Of a stretch of 64,000 bases of DNA, positions 50,818 to 61,608 are shown one piece after another (the first letter of the stretch is position 1; each line of letters begins with the position of its first letter). Made by a program: the position numbers and the translations under genes. Origin of the DNA: a virus. The notes under the pieces were generated by a model. The model was not told the origin of the DNA, searched no databases, and saw nothing but the letters and a program-made list of their open reading frames with translations. The DNA lies in the IMG/VR virus record IMGVR_UViG_3300006028_000001, positions 33,470 through 97,469 of that record. One strand, 5' to 3'.

Positions 50818-53800
50818 TCAGTCCTCCGCCGGGTTCGGAACGTCCGCCACGATGGTGATGTCCACACCCCGATACCGGTGGGCCACGGCACGCAGGTGGG
50901 TGATGCCGTAGTCGTCGCGTTCCGGCCAGCGTCGCGCGCCGAGGTGGTCGACCCAGGCGTCGAACGCGGCCCGCTGCTGTGCTGGGTCGGTGGCGGCCGC
51001 CCGGGCGATCAGATCGCCGAACGCGCCGATCTGCCAGTGCGCCGGCGGCAGGTCCAGGGTGAGCAGGTCGCCGAGGAGCTGGTGGGCGCGGATCTGCCAG
51101 CCGCGCCGCTCGGCATCGGTGACCGGGCCGAGCGGGCTCACCGGTCCGCCTCCTTGCGATGTTGTGGGCAGTAGTCCTTGCCGCCGGGCTGGCCTACGAG
51201 CCACCCGCGCGCCCTCAACTCGCGCCTCGCCTCGGCGGCGGTGTGCGCGAAGACGGGGTGCTCGGAGCAGGCGTAGGCGAACCCGCCTCCGTCGCAGGAA
51301 ACCTCGACCTCGGTGTGGACGCTCACCGCATCAGCCCTCCGTCCCGTAATCAGCGAGGTTGATCCGCTCGTACAGTTGCCAGCCGTGGCCGTCCCGCTCG
51401 TCCACGTAGATCTCGATCTGCCGGATGCCTGGGTTGAGCACGCCATCCCGGTACTCGGCCGCCCACTTCTGCACGTTGCGGTAGGCGGCCGCCTTCGACT
51501 GGAAGTTCTCGCGTGCGATCTTCATCAGGAGCGGTTGGGTTGCCCAGTTCTTGCGCGGCGTCGCCATCTCAGCCCTCCGCCAACTTCTCAGCCGCCGCAA
51601 CCAGCGCGGCGTCAACCACCGCCCGGGTAACGGATGTGTAGGTGTCCGGCAATGCGGCGTGGATCTGGTTGACCACGTGCTGCCGGTCTTCCCGATCGCA
51701 CTGGGCGAGGAACAGCATGTGGCCCATGCCGTGGGCGCGGCGCCGCTCCAGCAGAGCCGTCACCACCTCCCGGGCAACGTCCCTACGCACCTCGGCGAGA
51801 TTGACGCCCCGGTCGGTGAGGGTGAGGTACGCCGCCCAGAACGCAGCCGACGTGTCGTCGTCCAGGTCGAGTGTCCGGTGGAACTCCATCTCAGCCCTCC
51901 AGCGCCTTGTCGGTCACGTCCCAGTACCGTTCGCCGGTTCCGTCGAGCAGCACCACCAGGCCGTCGCTCTCCAAATCGGCAAGCGTCTCCGCTTCCCGCC
52001 TGGTCAGCGCTGGGCATGCGGTGCCCTGCCACCGGAAGGTGTCGCCGAACCGGTCGCGGAATACCTCCCGGCGGGCAACCATGCCGAGTACGTGCCGGCG
52101 GTCGATGTCGTTCATCAGCTCAGCCCTCCACCGTGAATGGCGGCTGGCCATCGATCTCGACCCACACGCGTTCGTCCTTCGGTTCGCGCCCGTACCCCGC
52201 GCAGTCCTGCGGCGGGAAGCTCTTCTTGTCGCCGTGCTTGCCGACCGTGCCGGCCTTCGTCAGCGCGATCGACCGCAAGCAGGCGGGGCAGGTGCCGCGC
52301 CCGTACCGGCTGATCGTCATGTCCTCGCGGGTGGCCACGTCAGTCCTCCTGCGGTCTCATGGTGGCGCTTGGCGGTACCCACACGTCTGCGATGTGGTCC
52401 GGCCCGAGGTAGCGGCGGCACGGGCACTGCACCCACTCGAACCCGTTGCGGCTGCCCGACTTTGAGTAGTGCGGGCGTTGTTCGTCCGCGAAGCACTCGT
52501 CGCTGTCTCGGTCGTGCAGCGCCATAGGATGCCCGCAGCCGCACGTCGGAACCGGCGACGGGGCGGCAGTGGTTCGGCGCCGGATGCGGCCTAGGAGGGT
52601 TCCGGCGGTGAGGATGCCAGCGCCCGCGACAAGAGTGATCGGGTCGAACACTTCTCAGTCCTCCTTCCGTCGCCAGTACGGCACACCGTCACACCGGTCC
52701 TCGACCGCAGAGCCGTAGATGTTGCACCCGACCCGCAGCACCGCCCGGCTACATTCGGTGCAGGTCCAGCGTTCCTGCCTGCCCGGGTCCCACTTCACTT
52801 TGTGGCCGAACTCGTCGTTGGCGATGCGCACCGGCTCGTTGGCCCACGCCTCGTCCCGGCATCGGTCAGCCCTCCCGCTCTCGTGCCAGCCGACCCCGAA
52901 GGCGGCCATGTTCCCAACGTAGGTTTCCGAGGGCGTCCCCCGCGGGGCGGAATCGACATCGCGCAACGCGTCCTGGATGCGGCGTAACACGCGGTTAGCG
53001 AGCACCGCTGCGGAATCCCGCGGAGGCAGATCGAGACCCTGAAAGGCTGATTCGGCTGCGCGGAGGTGCCCCTCGGCCACGGTGACAGCCTCGGCCCACC
53101 TGGCGTACAACTCCGCTGCGGCGCGCCTTCGCTCGGGATCGCTTCTCCATTCCTCTTTGGCCCAGCCCATCTCAGTCCTCCGTCTCGCTGATGGTGATGT
53201 TCGGGTCGGCGGAGTCGACACACGCCTGTGGTCCACCATCCGGCGGCTCCAGGTAGGCGACGTCGTTCACCAGATCGGCCACCTCGTACTCGCCTGGGTC
53301 GAGGATGAAGCTGCGTCCGGTGTGCGCCCAGTTCGCGCGCACGCGCCGGTGGACGGTTGCGGTGCGGGGCATGGTCAGTCCTCCTCGTCCAGCGGGTCAC
53401 GCCACCGGCGCCCCTCCGCCGTTTCGTGGTCCTTGTCGTCGCCGAACGCGTGCTCCTGACGCTTGATGCAGCGTTCCACTGGTGCAGAACCCAGGGGGAG
53501 TAGGGCTGCGTCACAGGTCCCGGCGGTGTCGATGGTCGTTTCGGTCTCGTTCATGGTCGTTCCTTCCGTTGCTGGGTGTTGCGGGTACCGGGCCGCCCCC
53601 TCGACGGTCCGGCGGGACTGGTCAGGTCTTCGGGCATTCGTGGTCGGCGTACCGGTCGGACTCGAATGGCACCTGCCAGAACTTGGCGTCGGCCTCGTCT
53701 TCGATGCCGAACAGTGCGGTTGGCTGGTCATCGAGGTCGCCCTTGAGGATCGCCGTCCCGTCCGTCACGGGCTCGGCGTCCATCACCACCATGACGTTGT

Positions 53801-56655
53801 CGATGTAGCGGGCCAGGATGGTGCGCTGGCCGCACGTCTTGCAGTCCCGGAACATGGTCAGTCTCCGATCAGCAGGTTGAAGTGTTCGTGGTCGCCGACG
53901 GTGCAGCACCAGCCGGCGGTGTCGTAGGCGCGGCGGGCGTGGTCGGCCTCGTCGTAGCCCACCCAGCGGCCCGGGTATGGGCCGAAGTGGTCGATGGTGT
54001 GCGGGCCGGTAACTGTCTCGATGGTGTCGCCTTCGTGCAGCTCGACGCCGAGGATGGTGCGGGTCATGGCGTCACGGCTCCCTCCGCCAGCACGAGTCGC
54101 TGGCCGGCGCCAAGGCCGAGCCTGCCGGTGCTGAATCGGGGGAAGCACTTCTCGCACATGTACGCCCAAGGCCGGTTCGGCAGGGTGGTTTCGGCGTCGT
54201 ACGCGGCCGGCACCCGCACATCAAACATGCGCAGGTGGATGTCGCAGTCGGGCAACTCGTCCACGACGGCAACGGTCACGTCTTCGGTGGTCATCGCCCT
54301 ACTCCTCCTTGCCGCACTGGCGGACGATCCGGGCCGCCTGGGCGAAGATGTTGGCCCAGGCAACACCGGCTGGCTCGACCTCGGCGTAGGCATCGGCGGC
54401 CACCTGCTCGGCCTTCGCCTCGATGGCCTGCGCGATCTGCTCGGCCACCTGGGCGCGGATCAGCGGCTCCACAACGGCGAGGACGGTTCTCGTGTCCTCA
54501 AGCCAAAGCCGCCTCGCCTCGTCGTCCAGTTGGTCCCACGGGGCAGGAGGCCCGCTCAGCGAGATCCGGGCCTGCATTGCGCGAGCAGCCTGCTCCACAA
54601 ACTGCTCGCTGGCGGTGAGCTGGTCGCTCATCGGTCCGCTCCGTCCTCGCCGTCGAGCACCTCGCGTAGCGCCGCCACAATGTTCCGACCGTCCTGAACG
54701 GTCAGGTCGAACAGGTGCCGGGTACGTCCCTCCGGCCCGACCTTCAGGTACAGGTTGCCGTCGGACAGGCTCGTGTAGACGGTGCCGCGGCGGGACTGGC
54801 GGGGCTCAGTGGTGGGGTTGTTCATCGGTCCTCGATTCGTTGGTAGCCGTTGGCCAGATACTGCGCGACCGTTTTGGCCAGCGCCGCATCCCGCTCGGCG
54901 GTGCTGGCCAACTCGACGTAGTCACAGTCGTCGAATTGGCCGTTGCTGGTCACCTCACAGAGGATGCCAAGATCGCCGTCAGGCATCAGCAACACAACGG
55001 CGGCGACGCCGGGCAGGGACTTCGTGAGGCGGGTCGGGCGGCTCATTGCGGGGACCCCCACTCCCTGCCGTTGACGTACGTGGCGACCAGCCCGGCCCGG
55101 TTAGTGACCGTGGCGTGGCCGTATTGGCGGGACTGGGACCGCGCCTCGGAGCGGGCGTCGCGCTCGTTCTGCGCGGCGTACTCCTGGAGCATGTGGGACA
55201 CGAATCCATCGGCGCCCGTATGTGGGACGGGCCACGACACGTTCCAGTACTCGGTAACGTCGCTCACCGTTCAGCCCTCCTCGTCGATCGTGGTGACCTC
55301 AGCCTTGGGGTCGAAATACAGCCGGTACCGCCGCTGCGGCGTGTTCGCCAACCAACTTGCGTCGGTCGCCCCGACCGCCTTCGCCAGCACCTGCATGTCC
55401 CAGATGTCGGCGTTGCGGTCGCAGGTCACGTCGACCTCCACGGCGATCAGACGGCCGTTCTCGTAGTCGTCGAACGTCTCAAGGACCGTCAGCGCGCCGA
55501 TCTTCTCGTCGTGGGTGGGGATGCGGGTGCCGACGGGAAGGTCGGTCACGTCGCGGATCAGTTCGGTCACCGGTCGACCTCCTGCTTCTCGTACCGCCAG
55601 CCGGTCTCGGCCAGCGCCTTCACCATCGCCGCGAACTGGGCCGTGGGGACGGAGACCCGGTCGTCCACGCGGAAGTCCTGCCGAGCGGAGACACCGATCG
55701 CCGCAGCCGCGTTGGCGACACGGTCGCCGGCCTCCCGGTTTGCCTCCCGCTGCGTGTGAGTGCGCCGCTCGGCATCCCTGCGGGCGGCGACCCGCGCGTC
55801 TATGGCCGCCTTCGTCTCCTCGTACGGGCCGCGCAGATGCGCCACCGGCACGGCTTCACGCTCGACGCGGGGCGTGCCGTACTGCTCGATGTGGATGTCG
55901 ACCAGCACAGCCGTACCCTTGGGGTCCTCGTAGTAGCGCGGCTCGTCGCGTCGCCAACCCCAGTCGGACTTGCGGATGGTGTACCCCTTGTCGTCGACCA
56001 CCACGGCCTTGGCGCCGCCGCCGTAGGAGCGGTCCTCCCAGTTGGTGGAGCGGTCGTAGTAGTACGCCTCCCCGACCTTCAGTTCGCTTCGCTTCATCGT
56101 TCGTGCTCCTTGATCTCGATCTGTGTCTGCTCCCCGCGCCGAATCCGATTCGGCCGCTCGCGCGTGGGGCGGGGACGGGGAATCAGTCCATGTACTCGGA
56201 CTCGTCGGCGTAGACGATGCCGTCGCCCGAGGCATCCTCCGACTCGTCCGTTAGCCAGCGGTACTGCGTGGTCGCGTTGCGGGCGGCAAGTTCCGCCGCG
56301 CGGTCGTCGGGGCTGGTCATCTCGTCTTCTTCGAGGCCGTCGTAGTAGCGGGCGTACCCGTCCATCTCGTTCTCCTTCACTGCTGCGTGGTGCTACGTCG
56401 CCCCGGGCGCTGGGGTTGCGGATCCCCTCAGTGATTGGCCTGCGGATTGCAGCAGGCACCACTGCACGACGGGGCAAGATCGGCCCACTTCTCGATGTAT
56501 TCGCGCCAGCCGGTGGGCCACATGTGGTCGGCTCGGGCGGCCTGACGGGCGAGGTGCACGTTGACGTCGGGGAACGTGGCGAGGATCTCGGCGACGCGGC
56601 CCTTGACTGTCTCGAACCGTGCGGTACGGCGGGCAATCTCGGCCTTGCTCGGCAT
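50818..56655 (-). CDS. Leftward array of about 20 small hypothetical genes, many Cys-rich
   Basis: Contiguous ORFs of 65-190 aa joined by GGAGGRCTGA or GACCGRTGA junctions. Confidence 0.65.
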
Positions 56656-56679
56656 CTCGGCTCCCTCGTTCTTGATTAC

Positions 56680-56737
56680 ATGGGAACACTAATCCTCATG
56701 GCTTGAGTGTGTCAAGGGGAACAGTTATGGTTGGCGC
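56680..56737. promoter_or_regulatory. Overlapping divergent promoters with GGGAACA direct repeat
   Basis: Minus TTGACA-18-TAGTGT; plus TTGAGT-17-TATGGT-6-ATG(56738). Confidence 0.65.
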
Positions 56738-56950
56738 ATGGCCCGGCCGACCTTCTCCCCCGACGAGGAGCAGCGACGTGTCCTCGACGCGCTTGCCCGG
56801 CTTGCCGCACAGAAGGAGAAGATCCTCAAGGAGATGGACCCGCTCATCGCGCGGGCCGTCGAGCTGAACGTGCCAATCAGTCACATCGCCGAGCGCGCGA
56901 AGGTCATGCGCAAGACCGTGTATCGGCACCTTGGGAAGAGGATGAAGTGA
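56738..56950 (+). CDS. Small HTH regulator
   Basis: VPISHIAERAKVMRKTVYRHL. Confidence 0.8.
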   Translation: MARPTFSPDEEQRRVLDALARLAAQKEKILKEMDPLIARAVELNVPISHIAERAKVMRKTVYRHLGKRMK

Positions 56951-57124
56951 CCGCGGACGGGCTCCTCTGGCACAGCACCCCGAACGCTGCCGTCGGCCTC
57001 ATCGTCGACTGCCCGCCGTACGCCCGCCGCTGGGCCGCCGGCCACAACGCCCCGCGAACTGTGACGACAAGCCGAGGCGCGCGGTGTCGACCTGGAGTGG
57101 ATCCCCGACGATACGGGCCAGTAA
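56947..57124 (+). pseudogene. Probable decayed small gene
   Basis: GTGA-coupled start; removing one C near 57052 and reading TGA 57062 as Trp gives ...DCPPYARRWAAGHNARELWRQAEARGVDLEWIPDDTGQ*. Confidence 0.4.
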
Positions 57125-57434
57125 CTGGCAGCCCTGGCCGAACGCGAGGATTACCCGCGCCGTTCTCGGACAGTCGATCGTTACTCACTGATACGGGGGC
57201 ACACGTCAATACGGCCCCCGACCGGGCTGCGCGCGATCGCCCCGCGCCACCTCGGCCGGGGACTTCCCATTTTCCGGTGGGGCCACGCGCGTGGGGAACG
57301 TCTGTCGGCTGAACGTCCACATTCAGGCACGACACGATAGCCGATCATCCCGCTGCACCCGGCCGCCTGGAATACTAGGTTTCTGCATGACCCGGCGCGG
57401 GCGACGCCGAACACCGACCCTGGGGGAGGCCGAC

Positions 57435-57908
57435 GTGCCCGAGCAGGTCCAACCACACAGACCCACCGCCGTGCCCGACCCGCGGCTGCTGCGCATGGGC
57501 ATCGCCGCCGGGGTCGTCGCCGGCATGGCCGCCCTGCTGTGGGGGGCGTCCATCCTCGCCGCGCTCGACACTTGGGACATGTCCGGGCCCGCCGTCGGCA
57601 CCCTGATCGGGGGGGCGGTCACCTCCAGTTGTATGGCCATGCAGCTGGTCCTGCACTACCGCGGGCAGGCGCAGACGGTTGTAGGTGCCGACAATCTGGC
57701 CGGCCATCGACTGGACGCGGAGCGGGACCTGGCGGCGCTGCTGGAGGGGCAGCGGCAGATGGCGGACGAGGTCGCCGAGATCCGTGCGGCCGTCGCCGAC
57801 CTGTCCGGGCGGGTGGTCGCCCGGGAGCTTGGCGAACGGATCGACGCGGGGCCGCCGCAACCGACGGTCCTGCGGCCACGGAACGCGCATGCGCGATCTG
57901 AGCCGTGA
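57435..57908 (+). CDS. Two-TM plus coiled-coil protein
   Basis: GGAGG RBS before GTG; two hydrophobic helices. Confidence 0.6.
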   Translation: MPEQVQPHRPTAVPDPRLLRMGIAAGVVAGMAALLWGASILAALDTWDMSGPAVGTLIGGAVTSSCMAMQLVLHYRGQAQTVVGADNLAGHRLDAERDLAALLEGQRQMADEVAEIRAAVADLSGRVVARELGERIDAGPPQPTVLRPRNAHARSEP

Positions 57909-57995
57909 CACCACTCGTGCCGCCACGGTGCCGCCAAACACGGCCGAGCCCCGGCGAAGATCGCTGAGGCTCGACGTTCAAGCAGGTCAACACGG

Positions 57996-58038
57996 GTGGA
58001 GCCGAGGGGACTCGAACCCCTGACCCCCACACTGCCAG
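57996..58038 (-). other. attP core: 3' half of tRNA-Ala(GGC)
   Basis: Minus CTGGCAGTGTGGGGGTCAGGGGTTCGAGTCCCCTCGGCTCCAC; no 5' half; adjacent to int; flanked by GCAGGTCA at ~57982 and ~58083. Confidence 0.88.
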
Positions 58039-58186
58039 AACTCAGGGCCGCCCTCGCCCTGCCCTGATGAATCGCTATAGATGCAGGTCAGAACGCACCG
58101 GGTCAGACGTGGGAGTACGCCAGAATCCGCAGGAACGCGCCAACGGTGCTGCCATGGCGGCACGGGATCCGGTAGCGTCCCGCTCC

Positions 58187-59548
58187 ATGGCCATCACCCC
58201 CCGGCCCCGCAGCGGCGGGTACCGCATCGAATGGCGACACGGCGGCACCCGCGTCGGCAAGACCCAGTCCTGCACCTTCCCCGACGAGCAGATGGCCACC
58301 ACGGCGGTTGCGCTGGTCGAGTCCCGGGCCCGGGCGATCACCGACCGGGAGGTGTACCAGGCTGTCCTCGGTCTCGAGGATGAGGCCCCGGCGTGCCCGC
58401 TGTTTGCCGAGTGGCGCGCGAGGTGGCTGGCCGGCAAACGGGACGTGTCCGAGGACACCCTGCGGGAGTACCGGTACCTGCTGAACACGCCGCGGGTAAC
58501 CGACCGGCTCGGCGACCTGCGACTGGACCACATCGACCACGACCTGATCGCGAAGTTGATGGCCGAGGTCAGCGACGCTGGGCGCGCGCCGGCGACCGTA
58601 CGGAAACTACACGTGGTGCTGCACCAGGTGTTCCGCGACGCCATTCCCCGCCACCTGAGCGTCAACCCGTGCGCCCGGCCGCCCGGGCAACGCTCCAACG
58701 GCCTGCCGAAGGTGAGACGGCACCCGGCCGTGTACCTCACGCCGACCGAGGCCGAGCTGATCCTGCGGTGCTGCCCCATCGAGATCCGCGACCTGGTGAC
58801 CGTGGCGTTCGGCACCGGCCTTCGCCTGGGCGAGCTGCTGGCGCTTCGGGTGGGCGCGGTCGACCTGGACGCCGACGTGCCGGTCATGCATGTGCAACGG
58901 GCGCGCAAGAAGTCGGGCAAGGTGGGCGACCCGAAGTCGGAGGCCGGCAACCGGCCGGTGGCGCTGACCACCACGCTGGGCACGGTCCTGTCGCCGCGGG
59001 TGGTCGGCAAGGGTCCGAACGCGCTGGTGTTTCCCTCGCCCGGCGGCAAGATGTGGGACCCGAAGAACCTGCGCAACCGGTACTGGAAGCCGGCGATCAT
59101 CGCGGCGGCACGCTGCGTCGAGCATCCGCCGAAGTCGCAGGGGTCCGAGACGGCACCCGAGTCGGATCCAGACCTGCTGTGCGGCGACTACGGCGGCACC
59201 CGCCACGACGGCGGCCTGTGCCGGGCGACGGTGGCGACCGGCTGGACCCGCTGCCGCTGGCATCTCGGCCCGGCGCAGGACGCGGTGTCGAACTGCGACT
59301 GCCCATCCCGCCTGCACGTTTCGCCGCGGTTCCACGACACCCGGCACAGCGCGGTTGACTGGCTGCTGGACGCCGGGTGGGAACTGACCGATGTGCAGAT
59401 CCGCATCGGCCACGGTTCGGTCAAGACGACGATTGACCAGTACGGCAACCGGCGCAGGCGCCCCAATCAGGAGCGGCTGGCCGCGTTGGACAAGGCGTTG
59501 AGCCGAGCGACGTCAGGCGCTGCCGCGTCAAGCGCTGCTGCGGCGTAG
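58187..59548 (+). CDS. int: Tyrosine integrase with Cys/His-rich insertion
   Basis: TGLRLGEL, PKS, HDTRH, IGH...Y; start may be further upstream (58067). Confidence 0.95.
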   Translation: MAITPRPRSGGYRIEWRHGGTRVGKTQSCTFPDEQMATTAVALVESRARAITDREVYQAVLGLEDEAPACPLFAEWRARWLAGKRDVSEDTLREYRYLLNTPRVTDRLGDLRLDHIDHDLIAKLMAEVSDAGRAPATVRKLHVVLHQVFRDAIPRHLSVNPCARPPGQRSNGLPKVRRHPAVYLTPTEAELILRCCPIEIRDLVTVAFGTGLRLGELLALRVGAVDLDADVPVMHVQRARKKSGKVGDPKSEAGNRPVALTTTLGTVLSPRVVGKGPNALVFPSPGGKMWDPKNLRNRYWKPAIIAAARCVEHPPKSQGSETAPESDPDLLCGDYGGTRHDGGLCRATVATGWTRCRWHLGPAQDAVSNCDCPSRLHVSPRFHDTRHSAVDWLLDAGWELTDVQIRIGHGSVKTTIDQYGNRRRRPNQERLAALDKALSRATSGAAASSAAAA

Positions 59549-59995
59549 CCGGTCCTGGATCGCGCGGGCTTCGGCGGCCTTCACCCGAATCTTCTCGGTG
59601 AGGTCCTGCCGTTCCTGGTCGGTCAGGTGCGGGTTGGACCAGACTTCGTCTATCAGCTCGTTCTCCCACGCCACGATGTGATCCACCTCGACGGACCCGG
59701 CGCTGGGCGCGTGTGGCGCGCCGGCGAGCGGGGTTGGTTCGCCGCCTTCGAGGATGCGGGTCACGCTGCCAGATTCCCAGCCGAGGACCTGCTCGATGCT
59801 GCGGTAGGTGGTGGCCCGCACGGTGGCCGCTGTGCCGTTCTCAACGCCGCGCCAAGTAGTCGGGCTGACCTGCGCCCGGGCGGCCGCCTCGGTGAGCGGA
59901 ACGCTGCCGCGGGCTCGCCGAACCTGGTCGCCGAGCCGCTGTCGGTCCTTCGGGGTGATCACAACTGACATCCTGCCAGCGCCAAACAGCGCCAT
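59528..59995 (-). CDS. Immunity repressor (CI-like XRE HTH)
   Basis: LGDQVRRAR...TEAAARAQVSPTTWRGVENG...IEQVLGWESGS; next to int and divergent from cro-like gene. Confidence 0.8.
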   Translation of the reverse strand: MALFGAGRMSVVITPKDRQRLGDQVRRARGSVPLTEAAARAQVSPTTWRGVENGTAATVRATTYRSIEQVLGWESGSVTRILEGGEPTPLAGAPHAPSAGSVEVDHIVAWENELIDEVWSNPHLTDQERQDLTEKIRVKAAEARAIQDRLRRSSA

Positions 59996-60083
59996 CTAGC
60001 GTCACCCCCCGCAGTACCGGCAGCCACGAGCGACATTCGCATCAGTCACGCACGCACGGCAGGCAGTGGTCAAGACCGATGGA

Positions 60084-60160
60084 CAGAACTGGGGTCACTT
60101 CCGAGCAACGCTGACTGACGCTGCTTGACGCTGACGCCAGTTCTGGCTACAGTTCTGGTC
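60084..60160 (+). promoter_or_regulatory. Early lytic promoter and operator region
   Basis: TTGACG(60125)-17-TACAGT(60148)-7-ATG; CAGTTCTGG x2 plus inverted CAGAACTG; TGACGCTG repeats. Confidence 0.75.
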
Positions 60161-60439
60161 ATGGCCGAACGAGTACACACATCGTCGGTGCCGGTTGACG
60201 CGGCGAAAGTTCGGCGAATGCGACAGCTCGCAGGGCTCACCGTCAAGGAACTGGCCGAACGGGCGGAGATCAGCCGCTCCTACATGTCGGACATCGAGAC
60301 GGGCTACCGCAACCCGAGCGCGCCAGTTTTCGCCCGCCTCTGCAACGCGCTCAAGGTGTCCCGCAGGGATCGCGCCGCGCTGCTGCGTGGCGACGACGTC
60401 GACGAGGCCGACGAGCCGGTTGCGCAGGCGGTGGCCTGA
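60161..60439 (+). CDS. Cro-like XRE HTH protein
   Basis: VRRMRQLAGLTVKELAERAEISRSYMSDIETG. Confidence 0.85.
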   Translation: MAERVHTSSVPVDAAKVRRMRQLAGLTVKELAERAEISRSYMSDIETGYRNPSAPVFARLCNALKVSRRDRAALLRGDDVDEADEPVAQAVA

Positions 60440-60765
60440 TGTCCGCCACATTCCCGTGCCTCGACGAGATCTTTCGCCGTCGCCCGTTGCTCAGCCTCGA
60501 CGAGGTGGTGGAGCTGACCGGCTTCCGGCGTCGGCCCCTGCTGGATGACTGCCGCGCCAAGCGGGTTCTGTGCTCCTACCGGTCGCAGGACTTCTTCTTC
60601 AACAAGGAGCAACTCGAACTTCTGCTCGCCTCGGCGAGCCAGCCGGTCGTCAGGCCCAGCGCGCGCCCCAAGCCGAACGTCGCCGTCACCGCCGCGTCGT
60701 CGTCGGTGGATGTGGACGCCTGGGCGGCCCGCAAACGTCAGCAGCTGGCCCGGAAGGCGGGCTGA
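60439..60765 (+). CDS. Excisionase-like DNA-binding protein
   Basis: LLSLDEVVELTG; position after cro. Confidence 0.55.
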   Translation: MSATFPCLDEIFRRRPLLSLDEVVELTGFRRRPLLDDCRAKRVLCSYRSQDFFFNKEQLELLLASASQPVVRPSARPKPNVAVTAASSSVDVDAWAARKRQQLARKAG

Positions 60766-60976
60766 CCGATGCGCGACTTCTGCCTCGACCTTTACAACTC
60801 CGCCACCCGAGGTGCCTCCCCCGGATGTGGCGGTTCCGACACGGCCCGCTCCGCCAGCGGCACCGGTCGGAACGCGGGCCGGGATCTCGCCCCCCGCGGG
60901 TCCCGGCCCGCCCCAAGCCCAAGCACATAAAGCGAGGCGCCCCGGTGCCGGAAACACCGAGACGCCCACATGACCT

Positions 60977-61608
60977 TTGGCCCGCACGGCCAGAAAGCCG
61001 ATCCTGATGCGAACGATACCAACATCAACGCCATTCGTCGATGCGCCACCACCCGAACAGACGGCCACCGCCGCCGCTTCGGCTGTTGATCTGCCCGGCG
61101 CACACGAGGACGTCAACCGGTTCCAGCGGCAGCGGGCCAACCGCCTCGGGCATGTGTGCCGCGACTGCCGTAACCCGGACTGTGTCGGTGAGCAGCGCGA
61201 CGAGCACGAGCTGGCGTTCGCGCAGGCCGAGTCGTCGGCGCTGCTGAACGCGTCGCAGTACTTCGCCTGCCCCGGCTGCGGCCAGGACACGCGTTACGCC
61301 CCGGCGTGCCGACCGGCGGTGCCGTGATGCCCGCCACCATCCACACCCCGGGCGTACTGCCGGAGGGGCCGATGTCCCCGTTCCGGCAGCAGCTGCTTGA
61401 CGTGCTCCGCACCGCACACGTCGCGCTGGACACCAACGAGATCGCCCGCCGGGTCGGGGTGCCGCAGACCAGGGACAAGCTGCGGGACCTGCACTACCAC
61501 CTGAACCGGCTGGAACGGGCGGGCCTGATCGCGGTCAAGCGATCCGGCCGTGGTCGTGGCATCCGCAACCTGTACCGCGCGGTCGACACCACCGGCGGTG
61601 GGCGATGA
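60977..61608 (+). CDS. Cys-rich protein (60977-61327) and wHTH protein (61327-61608)
   Basis: CRDC..., CPGC; LDTNEIARRVG...LHYHLNRLERAGLI. Confidence 0.6.

Noticed and set aside
51138-55570. Recurrent DR* (GACCGRTGA) gene ends as a special element
   Set aside because: Largely forced by RTGA start-stop overlaps, and less conserved than GGAGGRCTGA
57130-57430. Possible ncRNA in gap with short hairpins
   Set aside because: Only short GC stems expected by chance; no recognisable motif
57996-58038. Functional tRNA-Ala gene
   Set aside because: Only the anticodon loop to 3' end is present, with no D-arm or 5' acceptor strand; fits an att core
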